A stretch of DNA of 32,000 nucleotides from the NCBI RefSeq assembly GCF_000008645.1, contig NC_000916.1:1470001-1502000 (forward strand). The letters are read 5' to 3'. Positions 7,737 to 18,664 of this stretch are shown in pieces. Within the stretch, counting starts at the first letter, position 1, and every line of letters starts with the position of its first letter. The notes beneath the pieces were generated by a model. That model made no database searches and had not been told where the DNA came from. It saw only the letters and a list, made by a program, of their open reading frames with translations. The stretch comes from Methanothermobacter thermautotrophicus str. Delta H. Its GTDB lineage: Archaea; Methanobacteriota; Methanobacteria; Methanobacteriales; Methanothermobacteraceae. The translations under genes and the position numbers were made by a program.

Positions 7737-8813
7737 TCATGCGAATAGCTGTTCCACCATCCATTCGGGTTTGAATTCCATTATGTCATCGTAGCCCTGC
7801 CCGATCCCCATGAATATTATGGGCCTTTTGATCATGTAGCCTATGGACAATGCTGCGCCTCCGCGCGCATCTGCATCAGCCTTTGTCAGTATAACTGCGT
7901 CTATGCCAACGGCTTCATCAAATCGGGCTGCCTGTTCAATGGCATCGTTTCCTGTCAGCGCATCACCGACAAACACTATGAGGTCTGGCCTGACGACCCT
8001 CTTTATCTTGGCCATCTCGTCCATGAGGTTCACGTTGGTCTGCATCCTCCCTGCGGTGTCTATGAGGACGACATCCTTTCCCTGGGCCTTTGCATGGGAT
8101 ACCGCGTCAAAGGCAACGGCGGCGGGGTCGGCTCCCTTGCGGTGGCTTATTAGCTTGACTCCGAGTTTATCTGCGTGCTGACCTATCTGCTCTATTGCAC
8201 CGGCACGGAAGGTGTCTGCAGCTGCTATCACGGGCTCAAGGCCCTTTTTCATGAAGTATCTGGCCACCTTTGCTATGGTGGTTGTCTTGCCGGTCCCGTT
8301 TATACCAACAAACATTATAACAAGGGGTTTCTTCTTCTCCACGAGCTGCGGGAGGTCCACACCGTCAACGCTGAGAACATCCTTAACAGCCTTTTTAAGG
8401 GCTTCCATTGTGTATTCTGATATTTCGGTGCTCCTCTTAACCTTCCTTCCAACCAGTTCTTCCTTCAACTCTGTGGTGATTTTTTCAGCCACTTCAAGGG
8501 CCACGTCACTTTCCAGGAGGGCCATTTCCAGGTCCCAGAGTACATCATCCACGTCCTTTTCTGTTATCCTTTTTTCCCTGAAAAATGAGAGGAAACCTGA
8601 ACCCCCCTCCCCTGCATCGGGAGCGGGTTCCTCTGAACTCGTATCATCTGGTTCTTCAGTTCTAACCTCTTCTTCAGGTTTACCTTCTGGAATGGGCTCG
8701 GGACCCCTATCCTCAGACTTATCCTCTTCGGACCGGGGTTCCTGGCCTGATGAGACCTTCTCGGTGATTTTGCCAACGGTTTCACTGAATTTTTTCTTCA
8801 GAGACTCAAACAC
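7737..8813 (-). CDS. ftsY: Signal recognition particle receptor FtsY (GTG start)
   Basis: SRP GTPase motifs GINGTGKTTTIAKVA, AADTFRAGAIEQ, DTAGRMQTN and TKADADARGGAALS, plus an acidic N-terminal region. Confidence 0.97.
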   Translation of the reverse strand: MFESLKKKFSETVGKITEKVSSGQEPRSEEDKSEDRGPEPIPEGKPEEEVRTEEPDDTSSEEPAPDAGEGGSGFLSFFREKRITEKDVDDVLWDLEMALLESDVALEVAEKITTELKEELVGRKVKRSTEISEYTMEALKKAVKDVLSVDGVDLPQLVEKKKPLVIMFVGINGTGKTTTIAKVARYFMKKGLEPVIAAADTFRAGAIEQIGQHADKLGVKLISHRKGADPAAVAFDAVSHAKAQGKDVVLIDTAGRMQTNVNLMDEMAKIKRVVRPDLIVFVGDALTGNDAIEQAARFDEAVGIDAVILTKADADARGGAALSIGYMIKRPIIFMGIGQGYDDIMEFKPEWMVEQLFA

Positions 8814-9239
8814 TTACTCTCCACTTCCCCTTACCTTTTTGAGGAGTTCCTCTGCCTGAGGAGATAATTTCATCATGATGTCTGTTATCTTACGCAGGTT
8901 CTCACCCATCTTCTGAAGTGTTGACTCCAGTTCATTCTTCTGGGACTTAATGCTCTCCATTGCATCCTCGAAGTTCTTCTTTATGGCTACACCTGCACCG
9001 ACACTCATTATAACTTCACTGGTATCCTTGAGCTCTGCCTTTATGAAGGAGCCGGCACCCACAGGTACCAGGGTCTCGGAGCCATCCTTTCCCTGTATAT
9101 CACTGAGGGTCTTCTCAAGGATTTCAAGTTCACTGATGGTGGCCCTCACGGCCTCCATCTGCTGCTGTATGAGTTCGACCTGGCTCTGGTAGATGTTCAG
9201 CTGGTTCACTATCTCCTCGAGCCTCTGCTGGTCTTCCAT
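8814..9239 (-). CDS. pfdA: Prefoldin alpha subunit
   Basis: [39 protein letters not shown]...[43 protein letters not shown]. Two coiled coils around a beta-hairpin region. Confidence 0.95.
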   Translation of the reverse strand: MEDQQRLEEIVNQLNIYQSQVELIQQQMEAVRATISELEILEKTLSDIQGKDGSETLVPVGAGSFIKAELKDTSEVIMSVGAGVAIKKNFEDAMESIKSQKNELESTLQKMGENLRKITDIMMKLSPQAEELLKKVRGSGE

Positions 9240-9243
9240 GTGA

Positions 9244-9480
9244 TCACCTCTGGACCAGCGCCTTGACCACCGGGTCCTGAACCTCCTCAGGTGATATCTC
9301 CTCTATCTCCTCTATTTTAACTTTGCTCCTTGGAACCCTGTGTTTGCTCCCGAATTCAGAGTAGAGCCTCTCATAGATTTCCTCTTCCCTTATTGCATTG
9401 AGCTCCTTTGTGAATGGCTGAAGCTTATCACCCATCAGGAACTTTCCTTTAACCCTAAATATCTTTGTCTTCATTTTCAT
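9244..9480 (-). CDS. rplX: Archaeal ribosomal protein LX (L18Ae/L20a-related)
   Basis: [62 protein letters not shown]. Confidence 0.92.
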   Translation of the reverse strand: MKMKTKIFRVKGKFLMGDKLQPFTKELNAIREEEIYERLYSEFGSKHRVPRSKVKIEEIEEISPEEVQDPVVKALVQR

Positions 9481-10145
9481 CCCTCAAGAAAACCTAAAGC
9501 TTCTTCTATCCTTGCAAGTTCTGGCCCTGTGGTTTCCTCACCCACAAGGACACCGTTTGAGTTGGCCACCGAACAGGCACCTATAAGTGTGACTCCATGG
9601 TTGACTGTGCCAACGTCGGCCTCCACTCCCAGGGTATCCTCTATGATACCTATTTCCTCAGATGATGCCTGGGGATTCAGCAGGGCACCACGGTTGGTAG
9701 CTGCACCCATGGAGCCTACGATGTTGAGGCCTGCAAGTGTGGATACTTTAACGTCAACCTCAAGCACATCCCCTATAACCTGCAGCGCATCATCTGACAG
9801 CAGTGGACTTGCAACGGCACCGTTGTCATTGGCCAGCACAAGGTTACCGACTGCAGTAAACCTTTCAGGGATCCTGACAGCCTCCACACCGGCAGCTGCA
9901 AGGGCATCGATTTCACGGTCCATGGCCTGATTTGAGACCACGAATCCATTTGAGTTGCCCACGGCAAGGGCACCGTTTAGGCTGCTGCCACTGATGGACA
10001 CCTTCAGGACCTCAACTTCAAGGGCTTCCCTGAGAACACCCTCAAACTTTTCAGGGGTGTTCTGTGGTATCAGGGCCACACTGTCGGTTACAGAGATGTA
10101 AACTCCCAGGTTCGGGTTTCCACTGAGGTTGATCCTTCTAATCAT
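9477..10145 (-). CDS. eif6: Translation initiation factor aIF6
   Basis: [31 protein letters not shown]... with repeated pseudo-symmetric GxxxAxNNxG-type units ([52 protein letters not shown]). 4-nt overlap with the LX gene. Confidence 0.96.
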   Translation of the reverse strand: MIRRINLSGNPNLGVYISVTDSVALIPQNTPEKFEGVLREALEVEVLKVSISGSSLNGALAVGNSNGFVVSNQAMDREIDALAAAGVEAVRIPERFTAVGNLVLANDNGAVASPLLSDDALQVIGDVLEVDVKVSTLAGLNIVGSMGAATNRGALLNPQASSEEIGIIEDTLGVEADVGTVNHGVTLIGACSVANSNGVLVGEETTGPELARIEEALGFLEG

Positions 10146-10159
10146 AATTCACCATCATT

Positions 10160-10405
10160 TCATTCTTCGAGTGTGGCTTCAACAACACCGTCTTCATCCT
10201 TAACGGCCTTGACCTTTATTCTTGGGGGTATCTTCTGGATACCTCTCTCCCAGAGTTTTTCGTTGATTGACTCGTCGAGTTTAACGGTGTCTGCCTTCAT
10301 ATGTTTCATGAGAAATTCCCTGACAATCTTAACAGCCTTCGGCGCTCTTATGGTCCTTGGCACGTTCTTGGCCTTTCTGAGAGGTATGACATAAATCCTT
10401 TCCAT
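10160..10405 (-). CDS. rpl31e: Ribosomal protein L31e
   Basis: [79 protein letters not shown]. Confidence 0.96.
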   Translation of the reverse strand: MERIYVIPLRKAKNVPRTIRAPKAVKIVREFLMKHMKADTVKLDESINEKLWERGIQKIPPRIKVKAVKDEDGVVEATLEE

Positions 10406-10416
10406 ATCCAGTCCTC

Positions 10417-10572
10417 CTATACCTTGAGTTTGGTCCTTCTCCAGTGCCTCATCTTTGGATGGCTTCGAACCCTGTAGTTTGTCTTAACCATAACCCATGC
10501 GGGCACCCTTCTGTTCTGTCTGTTAGCCTTTGCCATTCTGAGTTTCCTGGCAACATGTTTATTTCTACTCAT
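10417..10572 (-). CDS. rpl39e: Ribosomal protein L39e (51 aa; below the length cut-off of the supplied ORF track)
   Basis: Translated by hand from the minus strand: [54 protein letters not shown] at 10572-10570, TAG at 10419-10417. Confidence 0.96.
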   Translation of the reverse strand: MSRNKHVARKLRMAKANRQNRRVPAWVMVKTNYRVRSHPKMRHWRRTKLKV

Positions 10573-11174
10573 TTAGCATCCTCCTTCATTTTGGTGTTCC
10601 AGCCAGTGACCCTGGTCTGGAAGTGAACAGGGAAGAATGATTCTGAACTGTGGCCCATCTCCTCAAGGAGGAGGCGGACCTCAACCTCGTAGTCGGAGCT
10701 GTTATCGATACTGCTTCTCTCCCTCCTCAGGCTGAAGAGCATCGATGCAAGTCTGTTAACGGTCCTGTGACCGAGACCATCCAGGTTCACATATTCAATG
10801 TTCAGGCGGTCTTCGAGGCTCTGTATCTCGTCCCTTGTTAGTTTAGGGGTCCTGTCGTCACGTCGCGTTCCATCGGCAACCATGTCGTACTCGGTGGCTG
10901 CGGCTTCAACTGCCATCCTGTGTATGTGCTTTATACCATTATTCGGAAACCCGTCATTGATTATCGTCTCAGCAGCGTCCCTCAGGATTTCATCGCCGAG
11001 TTTAAGAACACGGTGTGGAAATCCAAGGGATGCAGCTGCATCAGATGCTGGCTTCCATGAATCATGGATCCCGAAGTTCACAGTCACCAGCTCTGGCTGT
11101 ATCCCCAGCCGCTGGAGCATCACAGCCGCCAGTGAACTGTCCTTACCGCCACTGTAGAGTACGCATGCATTCAT
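10569..11174 (-). CDS. PP-loop ATP pyrophosphatase family protein
   Basis: [30 protein letters not shown] is the PP-loop signature. Confidence 0.9.
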   Translation of the reverse strand: MNACVLYSGGKDSSLAAVMLQRLGIQPELVTVNFGIHDSWKPASDAAASLGFPHRVLKLGDEILRDAAETIINDGFPNNGIKHIHRMAVEAAATEYDMVADGTRRDDRTPKLTRDEIQSLEDRLNIEYVNLDGLGHRTVNRLASMLFSLRRERSSIDNSSDYEVEVRLLLEEMGHSSESFFPVHFQTRVTGWNTKMKEDAK

Positions 11175-11183
11175 TTTACCAGA

Positions 11184-11519
11184 CTATTTGCGGCTGATCT
11201 TTATCTCCCTCTTTTTACCCGCAACCCTTTTAAGCAGCTCCTTCAGCTGTTCATCGGTGATCTTTGACCTTACACGCCCCATCTGGGCCAGCTGTATGAG
11301 CTGCAGTTCTATCTGCTCAACGAAGTCCGGTCTTGTCAGACGGAGGTTGGCCAGACGGCTACGGGCTTCAGGGGTGAGTATCTGCATCATTATCTGTTTT
11401 TTCTGCATTTCCAGCTGCTGACGCATCTGTTCCTGTGCTTCAGCTTCCATCGCCTGCTGCTGAGCCTTCTGCTGGAGCTCCAGCATCTTCTTGCGACGTA
11501 TCTCTTCGAGGTCTGTCAA
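11184..11519 (-). CDS. PDCD5-like DNA-binding protein
   Basis: MTDLEEIRRKKMLELQQKAQQQAMEAEAQEQMRQQLEMQKKQIMMQILTPEARSRLANLRLTRPDFVEQIELQLIQLAQMGRVRSKITDEQLKELLKRV. Confidence 0.94.
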   Translation of the reverse strand: MTDLEEIRRKKMLELQQKAQQQAMEAEAQEQMRQQLEMQKKQIMMQILTPEARSRLANLRLTRPDFVEQIELQLIQLAQMGRVRSKITDEQLKELLKRVAGKKREIKISRK

Positions 11520-11553
11520 CTATGAAACCTCCTGAGGCCCCTCTGGGATAGTT

Positions 11554-11991
11554 TCAGTACCTTTCAAGTCCTTCAACTTCTTTCTTTACCTCTGCAGCGG
11601 CCTTGTCAAGGAATGATCTGCCTTCGGGTGTTATAACCCTTCCATTTTCTTCCCTCTTTATTAGACCTGATTCCTCCAGCTGCTGCAGGGCCCTTCTGAT
11701 TATGGCACCGCTACCCCTTCTGAACTTTTCAGGGCGTGAGCCCCTGTCCTTCTTACCGCCGTAATGTGTCCTGAGGCTGTTAACACCCACAGGACCATCA
11801 ATGTAAACTCTTCTGAGGAGGGCTGCGGCCCTTACATACCACCAGTCAGGATTCTCAGGTCTTCTTTCCTTGTGGACACCTGTTTTAACAAAGTTAACCC
11901 ATTCAGGGGATTTAACCTTACTGTCATTTTTCAGTTCCTCAGCAACCCTGTTTATGAGCAGATCTGCTGGCACGTCATAAACTGTAGTCAT
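11554..11991 (-). CDS. rps19e: Ribosomal protein S19e
   Basis: [84 protein letters not shown]. Confidence 0.97.
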   Translation of the reverse strand: MTTVYDVPADLLINRVAEELKNDSKVKSPEWVNFVKTGVHKERRPENPDWWYVRAAALLRRVYIDGPVGVNSLRTHYGGKKDRGSRPEKFRRGSGAIIRRALQQLEESGLIKREENGRVITPEGRSFLDKAAAEVKKEVEGLERY

Positions 11992-12001
11992 ATTTATCCT
12001 C

Positions 12002-12265
12002 CTAAGATCTTTTTTTGAAAATTATTGCCACATTTCCTCTTAAATCTATGAGCTTAGAATTTGTTTTTTCAACTATCTCTGTAATATAACTTTCTTTTTC
12101 AGAGGCCACCGTCCTGGCAAATCTTATCTTTATCAGTTCATTTGCCTTGAGCTGCCTCTTAACCTCTTCAATGAGGCTATCTGTCACTCTGGCTTTCCCC
12201 ACATTTATTGTGAGCGCCGACAGTGATCTGTTCATCAGTTCCTTCTTTGGTGGTGTGAGACTCAA
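12002..12265 (-). CDS. CRM-domain (YhbY-like) RNA-binding protein; true start may be internal (about 12235)
   Basis: [75 protein letters not shown], matching the CRM pattern GK...T..LIEE....L...ELIK and the G...I.. end. Confidence 0.85.
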
Positions 12266-12599
12266 TCTTATTTCTCCTTCTATCCTTTTTTTCCCTGATA
12301 TAAGGGAATCTCATGATGTGACCGCACTCGTGGCACCTAAAATTAACCTTCCCATCAGCTATCCTGACGGTGCAGTTTGCCCCGGGTTTAAGGAAACTGT
12401 AACATTTCCTGCAGAACCTCCTCCTCCATTCCCTGGGGATTCTAACCCTGTATTTCATTGCGATGTTTCTTGCAAGTTCGGTGTACCTGTGCGATCTATG
12501 GGGATTAGCTGAAAATTCACGGTCAGCCATTCTGAAAAGGATGTCTATTCTCTCTTCAGCAATTTTTAACATCCATCGTGGTCTCTTTCCTCTCCTCAA
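12177..12599 (-). CDS. rnp4: Ribonuclease P protein component 4 (Rpp21/Rpr2 family)
   Basis: [89 protein letters not shown], with the zinc-binding Cys pattern CxxC...C...CxxC. Confidence 0.94.
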
Positions 12600-12717
12600 G
12601 GTTTAACCTCTCATAACGGAATAGAACATCCACATCTTGCACATTGAGATGGTGTACTGACTGCACAAGAAGAATATTATAAGTGCTTTGTGTTTCCATA
12701 TTTAAAAACCTTTTCCA

Positions 12718-13233
12718 TCATCCAAGAAGCCATCCTGAGAAATCCACTCCCCCCGGGGGACATACCCTTGAACCATTCATGATATCGGTGATGATATCGG
12801 CAACCTCATGGGGGGATCTTCCTGTTGTATCGACCTCATGAACACGCTCCCCATGTATTTCGAAGGCCTCAACGGTGCACACATCCAGCGCTTCGGCCTC
12901 GAGGTTTTCAAGCACCTTACCTTCAGGGTAGCCCCTCCCCTCAAGCCTGCCCCTGAGTACCTCCGGGTGGAGTCTGAGGACGATCACCATGCTGCAGGAT
13001 CTGCAGAGGTGGGAGAGGTGACCCTCCACCACATCCAGACCCTCCATTTCCTGGAGGTGACTGCATGCGGCCTCAATGTCGGCTTCAAGGTATCCCCTGA
13101 TGGGGTCGCGTCCAAGGACGAATCCCTTCTGCCTTATGAGTTCCCCGAGGGATATGACCTCCAGTCCCCTCTCCCTCAATATACCCGCCAGGGTTGTCTT
13201 CCCGACGCCGGGTGTTCCGGTTATGCAGATCAT
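12718..13233 (-). CDS. Putative adenylate kinase (Fap7/AK6-like)
   Basis: MICITGTPGVGKTTLAGILRERGLEVISLGELI P-loop. VVEGHLSHLCR and VLRLHPEVLRGRLEGRGYPEGKVLENLEAE are typical of the family. Confidence 0.93.
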   Translation of the reverse strand: MICITGTPGVGKTTLAGILRERGLEVISLGELIRQKGFVLGRDPIRGYLEADIEAACSHLQEMEGLDVVEGHLSHLCRSCSMVIVLRLHPEVLRGRLEGRGYPEGKVLENLEAEALDVCTVEAFEIHGERVHEVDTTGRSPHEVADIITDIMNGSRVCPPGGVDFSGWLLG

Positions 13234-13337
13234 GATTTCACAGTCTCGCCTTGCTGACTGGAACCGTGGCCCATTTCTCCTTTTTCATTGCCTCTGTGTG
13301 CGGTGGCTGTTCAATGGTGGTGGTAAGACGCAGACAT

Positions 13338-14138
13338 TCATTTCAGCTTCTCGATTATCATCTCTGCAACACGTCGACCTGAGACCAGCATACCACCAAA
13401 TATGGGCCCCATCCTGGGGGCGCCGTATACGGCGTTGCTCGCCATTCCAGCCACATAGAGGTTGGGGTAGACCTCCCTCGTGTTTTCAATGAGGGCAGCC
13501 TCCCCCACGTCGGCCCACATGGACCTCTCGCCCTGTATCCTGCCATCGGGGGTGTTGAGTTCCGGTCCGATCTTCCTCTCCACCACCTTCACTATCTCAC
13601 AGTCATGACCCGTTGCATCGATGACTGCTCTGGCCCTGACTGTGAGGGGATCAACGTGGAGGCCCGCCATTTCAACTGAGCTCCAGTTGAGCACAAGACC
13701 TGTTATCCCCTCGTCGCGGATCATAACGTCCTCTATGCTCATGAGGTTGAATATCTTCAGTCCGGCCTGGCAGGCCCTGGAACACAGGGTGGAGGTCGCC
13801 TCCACCGAATCAGCCACATGGTATCCCTCATCATAGGGTTCTGACCTTATTCCGAATTCATCGAGGATCTCACGGCCCTCGTCCTGGACGACGATCTTGT
13901 TGAACATCATACCGCCGCCCCACATTCCACCACCAATGGAGAGCTTGCGCTCAAAGAGCGCCACCTTCAGACCGGCCCTTGCAAGGTAGTAGCCTGCTGT
14001 TAGACCGGAGGGGCCCCCTCCGCCGATAGCAACATCCATCTCCATGTAGTCCAGGAGATCCTCCATGTATCCTTCAACAATTGCTCTTGAAATTTTTATA
14101 TCATCAAGCTTCATCTTCACACCTGCATGTATTTCCAT
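13338..14138 (-). CDS. thi4: Thi4-family thiazole synthase (older annotation: ribose/ribulose-1,5-bisphosphate synthetase-isomerase); start possibly at 14114
   Basis: [48 protein letters not shown]...[18 protein letters not shown]...GLHVDPLTV...ATGHDCEI...[24 protein letters not shown]. Confidence 0.94.
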   Translation of the reverse strand: MEIHAGVKMKLDDIKISRAIVEGYMEDLLDYMEMDVAIGGGGPSGLTAGYYLARAGLKVALFERKLSIGGGMWGGGMMFNKIVVQDEGREILDEFGIRSEPYDEGYHVADSVEATSTLCSRACQAGLKIFNLMSIEDVMIRDEGITGLVLNWSSVEMAGLHVDPLTVRARAVIDATGHDCEIVKVVERKIGPELNTPDGRIQGERSMWADVGEAALIENTREVYPNLYVAGMASNAVYGAPRMGPIFGGMLVSGRRVAEMIIEKLK

Positions 14139-14147
14139 AAGAAGCGG

Positions 14148-15751
<1,604 letters not shown>

Positions 15752-15881
15752 AGTTCTGCCAGAAACTTCTTTTATTTGCCTGTTTTTATAATGAGGTACT
15801 GAAATTTATTTTTTCATTAAGAGTTTTTAGGCGGCTTAATTTCTTGAAGAGATCATGGCCGTGTAAAATGAAAAATGTGGG

Positions 15882-18419
15882 TTATGCTGCTGTCCACAGC
15901 AGCACACCGGGTTCCTGGTGGAGGAACTTGAAGGATGTCTGGTTGAATCCCCCCAGGAGGAAGAGCTTTGTGAAGACGGAGTCCTCCAGTTCCCTGTTCA
16001 TTATTATTGTCGTGTACTGGTTTCCGCTTCCAATGACTATGAGGCTCAGCTGGGCGTCACTGTCAACAACCTCATTCTTAACAAGGAGGTCGCCCTCGAT
16101 TATGGTGAGCCTGTGTGGGTTTATCTTCTGAACCGTCATGTTGTTGCCCACTGCTATCGTTGCATTGGTGGTGTTTGCCTTCTTCTCTATTATGGTGCCC
16201 AGGACGTTATTCTGGTCCACCATGGTGTTCACGGTCTGGATAACGGTTGTGTTGTTAACCACTTGGGGCTTTGAGCTTGCCAGGGATGGATAGTAACCAT
16301 ACCTTGACCCTGTCTTCTTCTTGAAATCCCAGGTTCCAAAGTACGTCCACCATGGCGCCTTACCGAGCATATCTGAGCTCAGGACAAGTACAAAGGGCTT
16401 TGGCTTTGCCGGGTGGGAGTACCTGAGTACACTGTCAGCCTCCTTATCACTGAGACCGTAGCGCCCGGTCATGACGGCCCTGGCTTCCTCCCTTGGAAGT
16501 CCGAGGGTCGCGGTCAGTATCTCGGCGGTCTTTCCGCTGTCATCTGTGTAGTTGTCAAGGGTCTCATAGGCGAGATCACCGCTGGTTGAGAGCATGGTGA
16601 GTATACCCCTTGAAAGTGTCTCGTTACTCGTTGTGAGGGCCTTACCTATCCAGTAGGCCCTCGGGGTGTTCTGGCTACCACCGTCAAAGGTGACTGGCCT
16701 GTCTGCTGCAACCGCAAAGAGGTGTCCGAAGTCCCACCATGACATGACCACCGTGTCCCTGCTGGTGTTCTTCTTTACCCACTGCATGGAGTTCCACATA
16801 CCATCATCTGTACCGGGGGCTACCGACGTTGTGATTGAGTGGGCTCCACTCACAGAGGGGGCCACAGCTGCAAGGACCACCAGAACCATCATGAATGGCG
16901 CCCTTATCTCAGGCTTCTTCACGGAGTATATGAATCCAGCCGCAAGCACCCCTGCAAGGAGCTTAACCGCAACTGAGACCCCGAAGGGCATTACCATGGC
17001 AACCGCCGCCACGAATACGATCAGTGCCAGTGATGATGTTGTCGTGAACCTCACCCTCAGGTACTCAACAAGGAATCCTGTGAATATCCCTGCTGAGAGT
17101 CCCAGGGGCATTGCAAATGTGGGTATGAACCTTGAACCCTTGGTAACAGCATATCCACTCATTATGAGCCATACAGCCATGAGGACAGCGTAGAGCAGGT
17201 AGCGGTGTCTCATCTCCTCACTGGCAACAGCCGCCCTCTTCTTCCTCATGAACTTGCTTTTCTTACCGGCCCGCGGCCTGTTCTCTGACTCCTCAACGAC
17301 AACCTCTGGCTGGCGGTATTTCCACACCAAGGCTCCGACACCCAGAACACCAATTATGAATACCAGCAGGCCGCCCACCCCACCAACGATTGTGTTCTGA
17401 CCCGGGAGGAAGATGTTCCCGGCACCGGTTGTTATGAATTCAGGCACCTGTAGTTCTGAGACTGAGACATAGACGTTGGGGTAGGCCGTGGTCTGGGCGG
17501 TTGCCTGTATCTGGGTGGCGCCTATGAGTCCGCCTACAGCACCCGCAAGGCTTGAAAATCCTCCAAACACTCCTACGAGGACTCCCCCAGCTATGATGAG
17601 GATCAGGAGGGGGAAAAGTTCTCTCTGATGAATCAGCCAGTCAAGTTTGCCCTCGAATTCGCCTGCCGGTTTTTCTCCCAGGATGTACCTTGAAATGACA
17701 AGGTACGCTGCAACGAATACGATGAGAACCGCCAGGTAGAATATGTAACCCACCCATGCAGCTGAAAATACAAGTATTGAAACTGCCGCTGCAAGGGCAT
17801 ATCCAACCTTGCCCCTCATGCTGGAAGCCAGCATCCCCTCTGTGAAGAACCAGAACACGAAGAGGGGGAGGACGAAGTTGAACATGTCCGTGTCAAAGAA
17901 ACCTGCATAGGTGTGGGCGACGTAGGTTGGGACAAGGCCCACTATGAGGGCAGCTGCAAAACCCCCGTAATCATTTGTTATCCTCCTCACGAAGAGGTAG
18001 GCGGGGATCACGCAGAGGGAACCTATGAAGGCCCCCATCCAGAATGCGACCTCCTTGAGGCTGAAGTCCCCGAAGAAGTTCAGTACCCTGTAGGCAGCCG
18101 AGGTAACGTATACGATCAGGGGAGGGTAGTCAACGGGTCTGCCCGGAGGATAGTAGGAGTGGAGGTCATAGGGTTTACCATCCACCAGGGTATCACCCAT
18201 TATACCCTTCGTCAGGTAGTTCATTGTTAACCTGTAGTTATAGTAGGAGTCCATTTCGCTGAAATAGGGGAGTCCATCTGCATCTTCATAGAATTTCTTG
18301 GCATCGGCAGGGACTCCGCCAATGTTACTGGCCTCTGCTCTTATGTAAAAGACAACCGAGAAGAGCAGGACAATGATTATGAATGGCTTCAATCTTTCAA
18401 GCAAACCTTGGATATCCAT
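15882..18419 (-). CDS. aglB: Oligosaccharyltransferase catalytic subunit (STT3/AglB), 845 aa
   Basis: N-terminal SEMDSYYNYRLTMNYL, FFDTDMFNFVLPL and the WWDFGH variant of the WWDYG motif followed by FDGG. Many transmembrane segments. Confidence 0.94.
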   Translation of the reverse strand: MDIQGLLERLKPFIIIVLLFSVVFYIRAEASNIGGVPADAKKFYEDADGLPYFSEMDSYYNYRLTMNYLTKGIMGDTLVDGKPYDLHSYYPPGRPVDYPPLIVYVTSAAYRVLNFFGDFSLKEVAFWMGAFIGSLCVIPAYLFVRRITNDYGGFAAALIVGLVPTYVAHTYAGFFDTDMFNFVLPLFVFWFFTEGMLASSMRGKVGYALAAAVSILVFSAAWVGYIFYLAVLIVFVAAYLVISRYILGEKPAGEFEGKLDWLIHQRELFPLLILIIAGGVLVGVFGGFSSLAGAVGGLIGATQIQATAQTTAYPNVYVSVSELQVPEFITTGAGNIFLPGQNTIVGGVGGLLVFIIGVLGVGALVWKYRQPEVVVEESENRPRAGKKSKFMRKKRAAVASEEMRHRYLLYAVLMAVWLIMSGYAVTKGSRFIPTFAMPLGLSAGIFTGFLVEYLRVRFTTTSSLALIVFVAAVAMVMPFGVSVAVKLLAGVLAAGFIYSVKKPEIRAPFMMVLVVLAAVAPSVSGAHSITTSVAPGTDDGMWNSMQWVKKNTSRDTVVMSWWDFGHLFAVAADRPVTFDGGSQNTPRAYWIGKALTTSNETLSRGILTMLSTSGDLAYETLDNYTDDSGKTAEILTATLGLPREEARAVMTGRYGLSDKEADSVLRYSHPAKPKPFVLVLSSDMLGKAPWWTYFGTWDFKKKTGSRYGYYPSLASSKPQVVNNTTVIQTVNTMVDQNNVLGTIIEKKANTTNATIAVGNNMTVQKINPHRLTIIEGDLLVKNEVVDSDAQLSLIVIGSGNQYTTIIMNRELEDSVFTKLFLLGGFNQTSFKFLHQEPGVLLWTAA

Positions 18420-18664
18420 TTCACCGCCTCTTTCATCTGGTAATAAATTCAGGACCTTAATGATGTTAATAAGGTTTTTGATCCGGTGACTTATAAGTTT
18501 TCATATTTTTTGCGGGTCTTTCTGGTACCTCTGAATTCTGGGGGTTATGGGTTCCATGAGGGTCAGAACAACTCAGAAAGCATCAGGGACCTTCAGTTCA
18601 ACCCTCAGACCTTTATACTTGAAGAAATTATTACCAGCAATTTCCTGCATCACTGACATTCAGT

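Noticed and set aside
18420-18664. Intergenic region between topA and aglB with cattcagttcaaccctc-like sequence occurring twice
   Set aside because: Only a short two-copy similarity (around 18592 and 18658), insufficient to claim an element or RNA gene; no tRNA or rRNA signature seen.
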